This document shows positions 40,168-50,456 of a DNA stretch of 64,000 nt, piece by piece; position 1 is the stretch's first letter, and every line of letters starts with the position of its first letter. This stretch comes from an uncultured Actinomycetes bacterium (lineage in GTDB: Bacteria; Actinomycetota; Acidimicrobiia; Acidimicrobiales; Ilumatobacteraceae). Both the position numbers and the translations under genes were made by a program. The DNA lies in the NCBI GenBank assembly GCA_963802395.1, contig CAWDIP010000005.1, forward strand, positions 851,363 to 915,362. Reading direction: 5' to 3'. Below the pieces are notes generated by a model. The model searched no databases. It worked only from the letters and a program-made list of their open reading frames with translations, and was not told the origin of the DNA.

Positions 40168-41526
40168 TCACGTCATGATGCGATCCGGCACCCAGCTGCC
40201 ATGAGCCCCGTACGGCACTCGGCGAGGCAGGTGGACCGTTGCCACGGGCGGTGCGGCGAAGTTCTGCGCGTCGATGATGAGCAACCGGGACTCATCGGTG
40301 GTGGTGTCGTGGGAGAGGCTGATCACCCAACCTTCGTCCTCTCCGGCAACGTCCGAGGCTGGCGCGAACACCGGCTCGGCACCCCGAACACCTTCGCCGA
40401 GCTGGTGTTCCCAACACGCCCCGGACCGGAGGTCGTACTTCCAGAGCGCAGAGCCGTAGACGGGCTCCGCGCTGTCGCCCTCGCCCGCCATGGCCATCAG
40501 GTACCCGTACCGCGCGTCAAGGCCGATGAGCCGATCGTCGACCCGTCCGAAGTCCCCCGGACGATCATCGATCTGCTCCTCGGTCACCGTGCCGGCATCG
40601 AGGTCGATCGTCCAGCGCCACAACCTGCCGACCTCGGCGTAGTCGTCGTTGCTGGTGCCGAACGCCTCTCGCTGCCGCGAGACGTGGATCACGATGGTGT
40701 TGCCCACTTCGTGGGCGTTGACGGGGTGGAAGACGTAGCACGGGTCGATCTCGAACCAGCGGACATCGGCGTTCGTGCCGTGGCGCGGCATCACCCCCAG
40801 CCGGGCGCCGGCGTCGCGGTTGAACTTGAACGGGAGACCGGTGGCGAGCGAGTCGAAGTCGAAGCACACGGGCAGGTCCATGAAGATCACGTGATGCTCG
40901 GTGACGTTGAAGTCGTGCATCATCACCATGTTGGGAAGATCGATGCCCTCGAGCTGCTTCAACACTCCGTCCGCGCCGATGCGGATGTAGTGGAGGTATG
41001 GACGCTCCGAGCTGAGGTAGCTGAAGGCGATGAGCTCGCCGGTGATCGGGCACACCTTTGGATGCGCCGTCATCGAACATGTCAGCGCACCGCCGTAGTT
41101 CTGGTACCCGAGCGTGTTCAGCTCGCGGTCGACCTTCCACGGCCAATGCCCCTCCTCGAGGCACAACAGCTCACCGTTGTGGAGGACCACGTGGGTGTTG
41201 CCGGTGCCTCGTGTCAGGTCGCCGACGTTCGACATGACGTCGCCGCGCGGGTCGGTGATGTTGGGGGTCTGCACGAAGCGGTTCCGATACCACTCGGCCT
41301 TTCCGCCCGCGAGGCGTACTCCGTGGAGCATGCCGTCCCCGAAGAACCAGTGCGCGGACGTGCCCGACGCCGGGTTCGGACCAGTTCGGACGTAGGTACC
41401 GACGAGCTCGGGCGGAATGACGCCATCGACTCGAAGGTCGAAGTCCGTGCGCTCGTCGAGCACCGGGGCCCAGTTGTCCTTCAGATGCCAGGGAAGACCG
41501 GTGCGGATCGCCGTTTCTGCGCTCAT
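40168..41526 (-). CDS. carotenoid cleavage oxygenase / lignostilbene-alpha,beta-dioxygenase family protein
   Basis: Intact 452 aa. YVRTGPNP...HWFFGDGMLHGV, the four-His iron ligand pattern (TAHPK, MMHDFNVTEHHVIF, FHPVNAHE) and the C-terminal HGSWVPD match the CCD/RPE65 family. Confidence 0.8.
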   Translation of the reverse strand: MSAETAIRTGLPWHLKDNWAPVLDERTDFDLRVDGVIPPELVGTYVRTGPNPASGTSAHWFFGDGMLHGVRLAGGKAEWYRNRFVQTPNITDPRGDVMSNVGDLTRGTGNTHVVLHNGELLCLEEGHWPWKVDRELNTLGYQNYGGALTCSMTAHPKVCPITGELIAFSYLSSERPYLHYIRIGADGVLKQLEGIDLPNMVMMHDFNVTEHHVIFMDLPVCFDFDSLATGLPFKFNRDAGARLGVMPRHGTNADVRWFEIDPCYVFHPVNAHEVGNTIVIHVSRQREAFGTSNDDYAEVGRLWRWTIDLDAGTVTEEQIDDRPGDFGRVDDRLIGLDARYGYLMAMAGEGDSAEPVYGSALWKYDLRSGACWEHQLGEGVRGAEPVFAPASDVAGEDEGWVISLSHDTTTDESRLLIIDAQNFAAPPVATVHLPRRVPYGAHGSWVPDRIMT

Positions 41527-41558
41527 GTGACCAACGTAACGCGAACGGGAGAGGGACG

Positions 41559-43514
41559 CTATGGGGACCGACGGGCCACGATTCGTCGTAGCACGCCACG
41601 CGGTGCACCGACGATCCCCTGCGGGAACCTCACGGCCGCGACCATCAACACGATGCCGTTGACGGCGAATTGATAGCTCGATGCGTTGTCGCTGACGGCG
41701 TCGAGGGAGACGGTCAACAGTCCGCCGGCACCCAACACACCCGCGACCACGGCGCCGATCGGCGTAGCGATGCCCGCCAAGTACGCCAAGGCGACTGCGG
41801 TCAGCGAGTCGAACACGCCGAACGAACTCGACGACACAATGGTCCGGCTGTACGCCAGCAGTACCCCGGCGATACCCGCCAGGGTGCTCGACAGGGCGAA
41901 CGCCGACAGCTTCACCCGGGCGACCGATATCCCAGCCGCGGCAGCTGCCCGCTCGTTGGCTCGAACCGCGAGCCAACGCCGACCCGTCGCTCCGCGACGC
42001 AGGTTGGCGACGACGACGAGCGATGCGGCGGCGCACACCAACGTCATCGCCACGAAGGTGCGCCGCGGGAACGCGTCGCCGATCGCCGACACCCCGAGGT
42101 CGATACCGAACAGCGTCGGTGACTCGGTGACCGCGCCTTCGAACCCTCCCGTGAACCACGACCACTTGAAGGCCAGCTCCTCGACCGCCACTGCAGCCGC
42201 CAGCGTTGCGATCGCGAGGTTGAGGCCCCGAACGCGAACTGCCGGAAGCGCGGCGACCTGGCCAGCCAGTACCGCGACGGCAACCCCAGCGACGGGTGCG
42301 ACGGGGAACGGCAGCCCGAGATCGGCGGTGAACCTGACCATGCTGAACGCGGCGATTCCCGCGACCGCAAATGTCGCCAACGAGATCTGGCCGACGTACC
42401 CGGTGATCACCACGACCGACAGCGCGACGATCGTCGAGATCGCGGTCGTGATGATCCCCGATCGCCAGTCGGAGCCGACGAACACCGTCGCGACGACGCC
42501 GACGATCAGGAGGACCGTCGCCACTGCTGGTACGTGCCGCGTGTCGGCGGCGGAAGCCAACCGAGGTCCGGCGATGGCCGATCGGTCGGGCAGCACTTCG
42601 CCGCGGACTGCCAAGGTCACGAGCACCACGAGCAGCGGAACACCCTGCTGGAGCCCGATCCGTGGCAACCATTCCCATTCGCCCTGCAGACTCAGGATCT
42701 CCGACTGCGCCATGCCGATCGCAAAGCCGGTGGCGACAGTTGCCCACACCGAGTTGAACCGTCCGGGAAGCGCTGCGGCCACAGCGGGAACGATCAGCAG
42801 GCTGGTGGTCGAGGGATCGAGCCTGATCACCGGCGCGGCGAGGATGACTGCCGCCGCCGCGAGCATCGAGGCGATCATCCAATTGACGACGCCGACGGCG
42901 TTGGGCGAGATGCCCATCAGGACCGCACCGCGTTCGTTCTCGGCAACTGCACGGGTGGCGAGACCCAAGCGAGTGAAGCGATAGCCCAGCGCGAGCACCG
43001 CGGTCACCGCGACCACGATGACCGCGAGGAGATAACGGTCCGCCGGGACTCGCAGGCTGCCGACTTCGACGATGTGGTCGGGGAGCGGTCCGTCGATGAC
43101 CAACGCGACCGCACCCCTCGTCCCGAATCGCAGGCCGACGATGGCGATCAGGTAGACGAACAATCCGAGCGACGCCACCATTCGAGCGAGTGCCGGAGCG
43201 CTGCGCAACGGCCGGAAGACCACGGCGTAGATGAGGGCGCCGCACGCCGCGGCGAGCACCAGGCACATCACGAACGCCGTTGCCACGGTGGGCCGGGGAA
43301 CGGGGGAAACCCGAGCCGGAAGCCCGAGGATCGGCAGCACCAGTTCACCCGACGAGCGCAGCTCGTAGTAGACGAACGCGACGTACATGCCCAACGAGAC
43401 ATGAGCGAAGTTGATGACCCGGCTGGCGCGGTGGGCCACGACGACTCCCACGCCGAGCGCGGCGATCACCGCGCCGCTCCCGAGTCCCACGATCAGGGAC
43501 GTGAGATGGTTCAC
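41559..43514 (-). CDS. fused LivH-LivM type branched-chain amino acid ABC transporter permease
   Basis: Intact 651 aa, about 18 TM helices in two LivH/LivM-like halves. Confidence 0.8.
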   Translation of the reverse strand: MNHLTSLIVGLGSGAVIAALGVGVVVAHRASRVINFAHVSLGMYVAFVYYELRSSGELVLPILGLPARVSPVPRPTVATAFVMCLVLAAACGALIYAVVFRPLRSAPALARMVASLGLFVYLIAIVGLRFGTRGAVALVIDGPLPDHIVEVGSLRVPADRYLLAVIVVAVTAVLALGYRFTRLGLATRAVAENERGAVLMGISPNAVGVVNWMIASMLAAAAVILAAPVIRLDPSTTSLLIVPAVAAALPGRFNSVWATVATGFAIGMAQSEILSLQGEWEWLPRIGLQQGVPLLVVLVTLAVRGEVLPDRSAIAGPRLASAADTRHVPAVATVLLIVGVVATVFVGSDWRSGIITTAISTIVALSVVVITGYVGQISLATFAVAGIAAFSMVRFTADLGLPFPVAPVAGVAVAVLAGQVAALPAVRVRGLNLAIATLAAAVAVEELAFKWSWFTGGFEGAVTESPTLFGIDLGVSAIGDAFPRRTFVAMTLVCAAASLVVVANLRRGATGRRWLAVRANERAAAAAGISVARVKLSAFALSSTLAGIAGVLLAYSRTIVSSSSFGVFDSLTAVALAYLAGIATPIGAVVAGVLGAGGLLTVSLDAVSDNASSYQFAVNGIVLMVAAVRFPQGIVGAPRGVLRRIVARRSP

Positions 43515-43556
43515 CGAACGCTCCAGTGGCCCGATCGGTGCAACCGAACCGCCCGG

Positions 43557-45089
43557 CTAGCCAAGTGCGGCTGCGTAGAGATCGTCGGTCTCGATCCAGC
43601 CGCCGGTCGCTTCGAAGCCCTCGGGGAGGAAGACGAAGGGGTCGCCGGGCACGCCGGTGGTGGTGAACAGGCTCTGCTCCGGCGCGCAGAGCGCCGGGAG
43701 CCCCGGTATCCGTTCCCCGTCGCACGTGTACGAGTGACCCCAGAACGACGGACGGTCGACGGCGTCGCTCACCAACGCAGTGATGGCCGCGGAATCGATG
43801 TTGTCAGGACCCAACTCGACCAGCAGTGAGTACAGGTTCATGAACCCTCGGAACCCCACCGTTCCGGCAGCGCCTGCCGGTTCGACCGCGTACCGATCCA
43901 CGACGGCGTTGAAGATGTCACCCTCGATCACGTCGACGTCCGACGGGCCCTCGCTACTGAAGATGACCCCTTTGGCAGCGTCGCCGGCGGCCTCGAGGAT
44001 GGTCGTGGCCGCGCACGCCCCTACGAGGTAGATCTGGGCGGTCAGCCCGAGTTGCACCGCGCCTTCCATGACGGGCACGCAGGCTGTGTCGGCTGCTGCG
44101 ACGATGAGCGCGTCGACCTCGGCGTTGGTGGCCGCCGTGAGCACTTGCAGCATGTCGGCCCCCACGATGGGGAACGGCTGGAGCTCGACTCGCAAACCGA
44201 GCGATTCACCGACGGCCGCGGCGAAGTCCCTGGCCGTCACCGTGAACGACTCGAACTCGCCGTAGGCGATCATCACGCTCGTCGCTCCGTGCTGGGCGGC
44301 GTGGGCGAGCATGGCTGCCATCCCGCCCGCCGTCCCTCCGGAGAAGTAGAAGTTCGTCGCGGACTGCTGCTCGACCAGGTTGGCCGGGATGCCACCGATT
44401 GCCGGAATGCCGTTCTGCTGGAGCACGGGAATCGATCCGTTGCTCGTGACATCGATGCCACCGACCACGGCGACCACACCCGCCTGCACCATGTCCTGAG
44501 CGCATGCCTGGGACTGCTCGACGCTGAAGCTGGTGATGCACGGGACGATCTCGATCGGCCGACCCTCGACCCCCCCGAGCTCGGCGTTCACCCATGCAGC
44601 AGCGGCCTGCACCGCGCCGCGCAACTCGGGGAACGAGCCGAGCGGCGTGTTCTCCTGGTTGATCATGCCGATCTTGATGGGCTCGGCATCGGGATCGGCT
44701 GCTTCGGCCGCTGCGGGCACCTCGCCCAGGAACCACGGCTCACCGCGGAAGGCGGAGACCACCGACCCGTCGTCGCTCGGTTCGTTCTCGGTCGTGAGCG
44801 TGGTGTCCTCGGGGCTGACCGATGGCGCCGCCGTCGTGACTGGGCTCACCGCAATGGTCGGTTCGGATGCCGTGGTCGCCCCCGAGGTCCCTGGGCTCGC
44901 CTCGGGCTCGGCAGCCTCGCTGCACGCGGCCCCTGCGATGACGGTCGCCAACGCAACGGCAAGGCAACGCCTCGACGAAGAACGTCCCAGAGCCCAACCC
45001 ATACTCAACCCCCCGAGGTCGACGGACGGGCGAATGATTGCAGGTGTGGGAGCAGTGACGTGCAATTGCAGCCACGAGCCGCTCGTCAC
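43557..45089 (-). CDS. Liv-type ABC transporter periplasmic substrate-binding lipoprotein
   Basis: Lipobox AGAACS, a PT/S-rich linker, then a type-I PBP fold (IKIGMINQENTPLGSFPELRGA...). The true start is possibly M at 45002. The 45089 start would overlap the livF stop. Confidence 0.8.
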   Translation of the reverse strand: MTSGSWLQLHVTAPTPAIIRPSVDLGGLSMGWALGRSSSRRCLAVALATVIAGAACSEAAEPEASPGTSGATTASEPTIAVSPVTTAAPSVSPEDTTLTTENEPSDDGSVVSAFRGEPWFLGEVPAAAEAADPDAEPIKIGMINQENTPLGSFPELRGAVQAAAAWVNAELGGVEGRPIEIVPCITSFSVEQSQACAQDMVQAGVVAVVGGIDVTSNGSIPVLQQNGIPAIGGIPANLVEQQSATNFYFSGGTAGGMAAMLAHAAQHGATSVMIAYGEFESFTVTARDFAAAVGESLGLRVELQPFPIVGADMLQVLTAATNAEVDALIVAAADTACVPVMEGAVQLGLTAQIYLVGACAATTILEAAGDAAKGVIFSSEGPSDVDVIEGDIFNAVVDRYAVEPAGAAGTVGFRGFMNLYSLLVELGPDNIDSAAITALVSDAVDRPSFWGHSYTCDGERIPGLPALCAPEQSLFTTTGVPGDPFVFLPEGFEATGGWIETDDLYAAALG

Positions 45090-45814
45090 CCCGGAGCGGT
45101 CGCTCCCAGATAGCTCACTGCCAGGAGTTCCGGCTGTCGGGACAACTCGCGCGCATCACCCTCGAGCACCAGTTCACCGTGGTTCATCAGGTACGCACGA
45201 TCAGCGACGCCCAGGGCGAGATGCACGTGCTGTTCGACGACCAGGACCCCGACACCGGATCGGTCCGCGACATCGCGGACGATCGGCAGCAGTCGTTCGA
45301 CGATGATCGGCGCCAGACCGAGACTCATCTCGTCGACCAGCAGCAGCTTCGGCTCGGCGACGATCGCCCGGGCCACGGCCAGCATCTGCTGCTCCCCACC
45401 CGACAACAAGCCGGCCCGCCGGTTCATGAGTCGTCCCAACTCGGGGAAATGCGTCACCGCCGTGTCGAGCGCCTCGGATCGTGCGGACCGCCTGCCCCGC
45501 AACCCGAGACGAAGGTTCTCGCGCACGGTCAGGTCGAAGAACAGCGAACGATCCTCCGCGACATGACCGATCCCGCGCCGAGCGTTCCGGAACGGTGTTC
45601 GGAGATCGACGGCTCCGCCGAGGGCGACGATCGAGCCGGAGAGCACCGGAAGGAGCCCCGAGATCGCCCGGAGTGTCGTGGTCTTCCCGGCGCCGTTCGG
45701 TCCGAGCAGGGCAACGACCTCCCCAGCCGCGACTTCGAGCGTAACGCCCCGAACGACCGGCACGCCGCCGTACCCGGTGAACAAGTTGTCGACCGATAGC
45801 ACCACCTCGCCCAT
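45086..45814 (-). CDS. livF: Liv-type ABC transporter ATP-binding protein
   Basis: Walker [21 protein letters not shown], Walker [12 protein letters not shown]. The start is chosen at [11 protein letters not shown]. Confidence 0.8.
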   Translation of the reverse strand: MGEVVLSVDNLFTGYGGVPVVRGVTLEVAAGEVVALLGPNGAGKTTTLRAISGLLPVLSGSIVALGGAVDLRTPFRNARRGIGHVAEDRSLFFDLTVRENLRLGLRGRRSARSEALDTAVTHFPELGRLMNRRAGLLSGGEQQMLAVARAIVAEPKLLLVDEMSLGLAPIIVERLLPIVRDVADRSGVGVLVVEQHVHLALGVADRAYLMNHGELVLEGDARELSRQPELLAVSYLGATAPG

Positions 45815-45941
45815 GACATGCTCCGTTTCGGTTGTTCGGGGGGGACCCGAGCAACAGCCGGTGTCACCCAGGCGGCGACGCCCGGGGTCGGCCGGAGCAT
45901 CAGAGCGCGGCCCGCCGCCGCGATCGCGGGAGAATCCCCTC

Positions 45942-46958
45942 ATGAACCTCGACAAGTTCGACCGCTACCCGCTGACCTTCGGCCCGACGCCGATCGAGCA
46001 CCTGCCCCGTCTGACCGAGGCGTTGGGTGGCACGGTGCAGATCTACGCGAAGCGCGACGACTGCAACTCGGGCCTGGCGATGGGTGGCAACAAGTTGCGC
46101 AAGCTCGAGTACATCGTCCCGGATGCGATCAAGTCCGGCGCCGACACCCTCGTGTCGATCGGCGGCGTGCAGTCCAATCACACGCGCATGGTGGCCGCGA
46201 CGGCCGCCAAGATCGGCATGAAGTGCGTCGTCGTGCAAGAGAAGTGGGTGCCGCACTTCGATGCGGTGTACGACCGCGTCGGCAACATCCTGATGACCCG
46301 CCTCATGGGTGCCGACAGCAGGCTGGTCGACGACGGTTTCGACATCGGCATCCGCAAGAGCTGGGAGGACGCGATGCAGTCGGTACGCGACGCCGGAGGC
46401 GTGCCGTACGGCATTCCGGCGGGCGCATCGGTCCACCCGTACGGCGGCCTCGGGTACGTCGGCTTCGCGGAGGAGGTTCGCGACCAGGAACGGGATTTGG
46501 GCTTCCGGTTCGACTACATCATCGTGTGCGTGGTCACGGGTTCGACCCAGGCCGGGATGATCGTGGGCTTCGCGGCCGATGACCGCGCCGATCGGGTGAT
46601 CGGCATCGATGCCTCGGGCACGGTGGAACAGACCCGCGCCCAAGTTCGCCAGATCGTCGACGGCACCGCCGAGCTCGTCGAGTTGGGTCGCCCGATCCGT
46701 GACGACGAGATCGTCATCAACCCCGACTACGCCTACCCCGCGTACGGCGTGCCCTCCGATGAGACCAACGACGCCATCCGCCTCGCCGCCCGGACCGAGG
46801 CGATGATCACCGACCCGGTCTACGAGGGCAAGTCGATGCAGGGCATGATCGACCTCACCCGCAAGGGGTTCTTCCCCGAGGGTTCACGGGTCCTCTACGC
46901 CCACCTCGGCGGCGCGCCGGCCCTCAACGGCTACAGCTACTACTACAAAGACGGCTGA
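45942..46958 (+). CDS. acdS: 1-aminocyclopropane-1-carboxylate deaminase (PLP-dependent; ACC deaminase/D-cysteine desulfhydrase family)
   Basis: Intact 338 aa, near-collinear with characterised AcdS: [21 protein letters not shown]...[28 protein letters not shown]...[15 protein letters not shown]...VTGSTQAGM...[17 protein letters not shown]. Confidence 0.75.
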   Translation: MNLDKFDRYPLTFGPTPIEHLPRLTEALGGTVQIYAKRDDCNSGLAMGGNKLRKLEYIVPDAIKSGADTLVSIGGVQSNHTRMVAATAAKIGMKCVVVQEKWVPHFDAVYDRVGNILMTRLMGADSRLVDDGFDIGIRKSWEDAMQSVRDAGGVPYGIPAGASVHPYGGLGYVGFAEEVRDQERDLGFRFDYIIVCVVTGSTQAGMIVGFAADDRADRVIGIDASGTVEQTRAQVRQIVDGTAELVELGRPIRDDEIVINPDYAYPAYGVPSDETNDAIRLAARTEAMITDPVYEGKSMQGMIDLTRKGFFPEGSRVLYAHLGGAPALNGYSYYYKDG

Positions 46959-46967
46959 CCCACCGGG

Positions 46968-47456
46968 TCAGGACATGAGCGCGATCAGTTGGTCGAGCGC
47001 CGCGCCCCACCCCTCGTGGAAGCCCATCTCCTGGTGGCGCCGGCACCCGTTCTCGTCGGCGTGGATGGCCACGGCCCGGTAGTGCGTGCCACCGTCGGCA
47101 CTCGGCGTGAGCTCGATCCTGGCGGTGAACGGCAGGTCCTCGGCGCCGTTGGTGGGAGCGACCGGGCGGAAGCCCTCGGTCATCACGCTGGTGAAGACCA
47201 ACAGGCGGTGCGGGTCGACCACGAGGTAGCAGCCGGCGTTGGGGTACTGCTCGCCCTCGGGCGACTCCATGGTCGTGACGCAGCGCCCCCCGACGCGCAG
47301 GTCGACATCGGCGGCGACCGTCTTCCAAGGGGCCGGGGTGAACCACTGAACGATCAACTCGGGATCGGTCCATGCCGCCCACACCCGGTCGGGCGGTACC
47401 GGGATGGTGCGCTCGAGGACGAGGTCGAGATCGGGGGTCGGCGTGAAGTCGCTCAT
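46968..47456 (-). CDS. SRPBCC-superfamily (Aha1/activator-of-Hsp90-ATPase-like domain) protein
   Basis: About 162 aa. LVLERTIPVPPDRVWAAWTDPELIVQWFTP is a typical AHSA1/SRPBCC N-terminus. Confidence 0.65.
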   Translation of the reverse strand: MSDFTPTPDLDLVLERTIPVPPDRVWAAWTDPELIVQWFTPAPWKTVAADVDLRVGGRCVTTMESPEGEQYPNAGCYLVVDPHRLLVFTSVMTEGFRPVAPTNGAEDLPFTARIELTPSADGGTHYRAVAIHADENGCRRHQEMGFHEGWGAALDQLIALMS

Positions 47457-47560
47457 GTTCGCTCCTGGATCGTCGGACTGCGGACTGGACATCCATCATG
47501 CCGGTCGGAACTGGAGGACTGGATCAGAGCCCGGCCGACGCGTGCTCGGCGGGGAGCCGG

Positions 47561-49660
47561 TCAGGCGACGCGGAGCACTGAAGGGTACGTCGCGGTGCCG
47601 TAGGCGAGCCAGAGGTGGCCCTCTGCGCTGTCATCGGACGCCACCTTCAGCACGAGGCTCCTACCGGCCGCGATTGTTGCGTCGATCGCGGGCAGGGCGA
47701 CCGAGATCATCCCGAACGCCGCTCCGAAGCTCTCCTGGTCGAAGGAAGCCCCGGCGCTCGACAGCAACGTGCACGAACTGCCGAAGAAGCTGCAGTCGTA
47801 CAGGCCGACCTCCACTGCACCGCGCAGGGGCTTGAAGTCCCACGTCGCGACCCATAGGTCGAGCGTCGGTGTGCCTGTGACTCGGGTCGCCGACACCATC
47901 GGGGTCCACCACCGCTGCATTCTCGTTGCATCGGTCTCGGTCAACCCGGCGCCGTTCTTGAAGAGCAGGCCGGGATCGCTGTCGCGGTCCGCGTCGTAGT
48001 TCGGAAGTGGTCCATCGAGCAGAGTGCCGCCGAGCGGCAGGAACGGGACGGAGAACGTCACCAACCCCCTCCCGAGGTTCCACGTGAGCGGTGAAGCGGG
48101 CTGCGCAGCGGGCGGCGGCACTGGGATCGTCGGCACGGTGGTGGCGGGCGGCGCCGCCGGTACGGGTACCGGTGCGGCCGTCGTCGGTGCAGTGGTCGGT
48201 GCGGAGGTCGTACTGGGTGCGGCTGGTGGGGTAGTCGTCACGACGAACGGCTCGGTCGTGGCCGGTTCGATGAGCGGGGCGGCGGGGATTCCGCCGCCAG
48301 GCGACTCGGTCGGCACCTCGACGAAGGCCGTCGTGGCGGTGGGAAGTCCAACGGCGTCGGGCAGGGCGGCGACCTCGCCGAAGTTCGCAGCAGGAAGCTC
48401 GTCACCGGTCGGCGGGACCGTGGAGATGTCGACCATCGGGAGAAACAGCGTCGTAGCCGATTCCGCGATGGTGTCGTCGGCCGGGAGTCCGGCGGAGATC
48501 TCGACGACCGGTGGTGGCTCGGTTACCGGCACCACGGCAGCGGCGCCGGTTGCGGCGGCGATCGAGACCGCCGCAGCGCCGACGAGGCTGGTGCCCGAGC
48601 TGGTGGCCATGGTCATCGGTACCCGCATGATCTCGGGGACGTGCGCCATCCACCCGAGCGCGCCAGCGATCCAGCGCTCCTTGCCGAGTGAGATCTCGAG
48701 GAAGCTGCGCACGAGCACGGGGTCGAAGTGCGTTCCGGCGCATCGCAGCAGCTCGGCGCGAGCTTGGGCTGCCGGGAGCGGAGCTTTGTAGCTGCGGGTC
48801 GCGGTCATCACGTCGTAGGCGTCGCACAGGGCCACGATCCGGGCTCCGAGTGAGATCTCGGCGCCCGTACGCCCGTTGGGATAGCCGGTTCCGTCGAACC
48901 GCTCGTGGTGGTGGGTCGCGGCTTCGATCCAGTCCCCGAGCCAGGGCCGCAGGGTTTCGACGTACTGCTCGGCGGCCCTCGGATGGCCCCGAAGCACCTT
49001 CCATTCCTCATCGGTCGGCCGGCCGGCCTTGTTGAGGATCTCGGCTGGCACGGACAGCTTGCCGACGTCATGAGCGAGGGCGGCCCAGTTGAGCTTGTCC
49101 AGGTCGTCGGCACTGAGCCCGATCTGCTGGCCCAGCATCACCGAGTATCCCCGTACCCGTTCGGAATGCCCCCGGGTGAGACGGTCGTGGCGCTGCATCC
49201 GGGCCATGATCCCCACGAGCACCTCCGCCGCGACCTGTTCGGGGCTGGTCGGCGCCCCCCCGCCGGCCGCCGATTCCTTCAGGGATCGGGCGAGCGAACG
49301 AGACGAACTGGCTCGCATCGCAGTTCGGAAACGCGAGGGCGCCCTGTCGGGAAAGACGAGCGACATCTGGAACAGCGCGGCCAGAGGAACCACGCGCCGG
49401 GCCAGCCGCTGCGCACCGATCGAGGACGACATCGACACACCGATCAGGAGCGCCATCCAGGCGACGAACGGGCCCGCCCCGGCCGGCCGAGCCACGACGC
49501 TCGCCACGACCCGAACTGCGAGCACGCCGGTGAGCAACGGCACGAGGAACGCACCGACCCTGATCGCCAGGCTCACACCCTTTCGGGGCGTCCAGGCACG
49601 CTGTTCGAGCGTGTCGGCCTGGGACGAGGCCGAACCTGATGTTGTGCCAGGTCCCATCGC
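47561..49660 (-). CDS. membrane-anchored HD-GYP c-di-GMP phosphodiesterase with Pro/Thr-rich linker and C-terminal domain of unknown function
   Basis: HD-GYP core: HSERVRGYSV...LAHDVGKLSVPAEILNKAGRPTDEEWKVLRGHPRAAEQYV...HHERFDGTGYPNG. About 4 N-terminal TM helices. A 150-aa PT-rich tract, then about 200 aa with no recognised family. The start is approximate (track start 49837). Confidence 0.75.
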   Translation of the reverse strand, partial: AMGPGTTSGSASSQADTLEQRAWTPRKGVSLAIRVGAFLVPLLTGVLAVRVVASVVARPAGAGPFVAWMALLIGVSMSSSIGAQRLARRVVPLAALFQMSLVFPDRAPSRFRTAMRASSSRSLARSLKESAAGGGAPTSPEQVAAEVLVGIMARMQRHDRLTRGHSERVRGYSVMLGQQIGLSADDLDKLNWAALAHDVGKLSVPAEILNKAGRPTDEEWKVLRGHPRAAEQYVETLRPWLGDWIEAATHHHERFDGTGYPNGRTGAEISLGARIVALCDAYDVMTATRSYKAPLPAAQARAELLRCAGTHFDPVLVRSFLEISLGKERWIAGALGWMAHVPEIMRVPMTMATSSGTSLVGAAAVSIAAATGAAAVVPVTEPPPVVEISAGLPADDTIAESATTLFLPMVDISTVPPTGDELPAANFGEVAALPDAVGLPTATTAFVEVPTESPGGGIPAAPLIEPATTEPFVVTTTPPAAPSTTSAPTTAPTTAAPVPVPAAPPATTVPTIPVPPPAAQPASPLTWNLGRGLVTFSVPFLPLGGTLLDGPLPNYDADRDSDPGLLFKNGAGLTETDATRMQRWWTPMVSATRVTGTPTLDLWVATWDFKPLRGAVEVGLYDCSFFGSSCTLLSSAGASFDQESFGAAFGMISVALPAIDATIAAGRSLVLKVASDDSAEGHLWLAYGTATYPSVLRVA

Positions 49661-49818
49661 AGTGCACATCGGCACACCGGTCAGTCGGCTCAAGGCCGCG
49701 TCGAGCAGCTTCACGGAATCCACACCGGGATGCGAGCATCGCCATGCCGTGATCCAACGGACGCGTGTCCGGTCCACCGGCGACGCGCCGCATGACCCGA
49801 ACGAGGAAGGTCGCATCC

Positions 49819-50412
49819 ATGAACCACGAGATCCCACCCACTCCAGCGGCCGCTCGTCACCGGTGGGTCGCCGCGGCGTTCACCGATCGGGTGCGTCACG
49901 TCGAAGACACCGCGAGCTGGGACGCGCCGACACCCGTTGCCGCTTGGGTGGCGCGAGATGTCGTGGGCCACCTGGTCGAGTGGTTTCCGCCGTTCCTGGC
50001 CGCGGGAGGCGGCGAGCAGCTGCCAGCCGGTCCCGCAGTCACTGAAGATCCGATCACCGCGTGGGTCACGCAGTGCGATGCGATCCAGGCGCTCCTCGAC
50101 GACCCAGAGGCCTCGGCGCGTGAGTTCAGCCATCCGATGCTCCCACCGCTCCCCTTGGCCGATGCGATCGACCGCTTCTACACCGCCGACGTGTTCATGC
50201 ACACCTGGGACCTGGCCCGGGCCACCGGACAGGACGACACACTCGACGACACGTTCTGCCAGGAGCTGCTCACGGGCATGGAGCCGATCGACGACGTCCT
50301 GCGGCAGTCAGGCCAGTACGGCCCCCGAGTCGCCGTCGCCGACGATGCCCCCGTCCAACACCGGCTCGTCGGTTTCATCGGCCGCGACCCGAACTGGAGC
50401 CCAGCACAGTAG
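49819..50412 (+). CDS. DinB/YfiT-like (TIGR03086 family) protein, paralog of 38797..39351
   Basis: 197 aa. VAAWVARDVVGHLVEW...FYTADVFMHTWDLARATG has the same architecture as the 38.8-kb paralog. Confidence 0.7.
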   Translation: MNHEIPPTPAAARHRWVAAAFTDRVRHVEDTASWDAPTPVAAWVARDVVGHLVEWFPPFLAAGGGEQLPAGPAVTEDPITAWVTQCDAIQALLDDPEASAREFSHPMLPPLPLADAIDRFYTADVFMHTWDLARATGQDDTLDDTFCQELLTGMEPIDDVLRQSGQYGPRVAVADDAPVQHRLVGFIGRDPNWSPAQ

Positions 50413-50456
50413 GGCTGGCCAGGACCCTCGACCCCGGCCCCGGCCCCGGGCGATCC

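Noticed and set aside
40078-43829. Plus-strand ORFs of 531 and 431 aa opposite the carotenoid oxygenase and livHM, and the 1032-aa minus-strand ORF read as one gene
   Set aside because: The 1032-aa ORF is the oxygenase (40168-41526) plus an antisense read-through across livHM. The plus-strand ORFs have junk composition.
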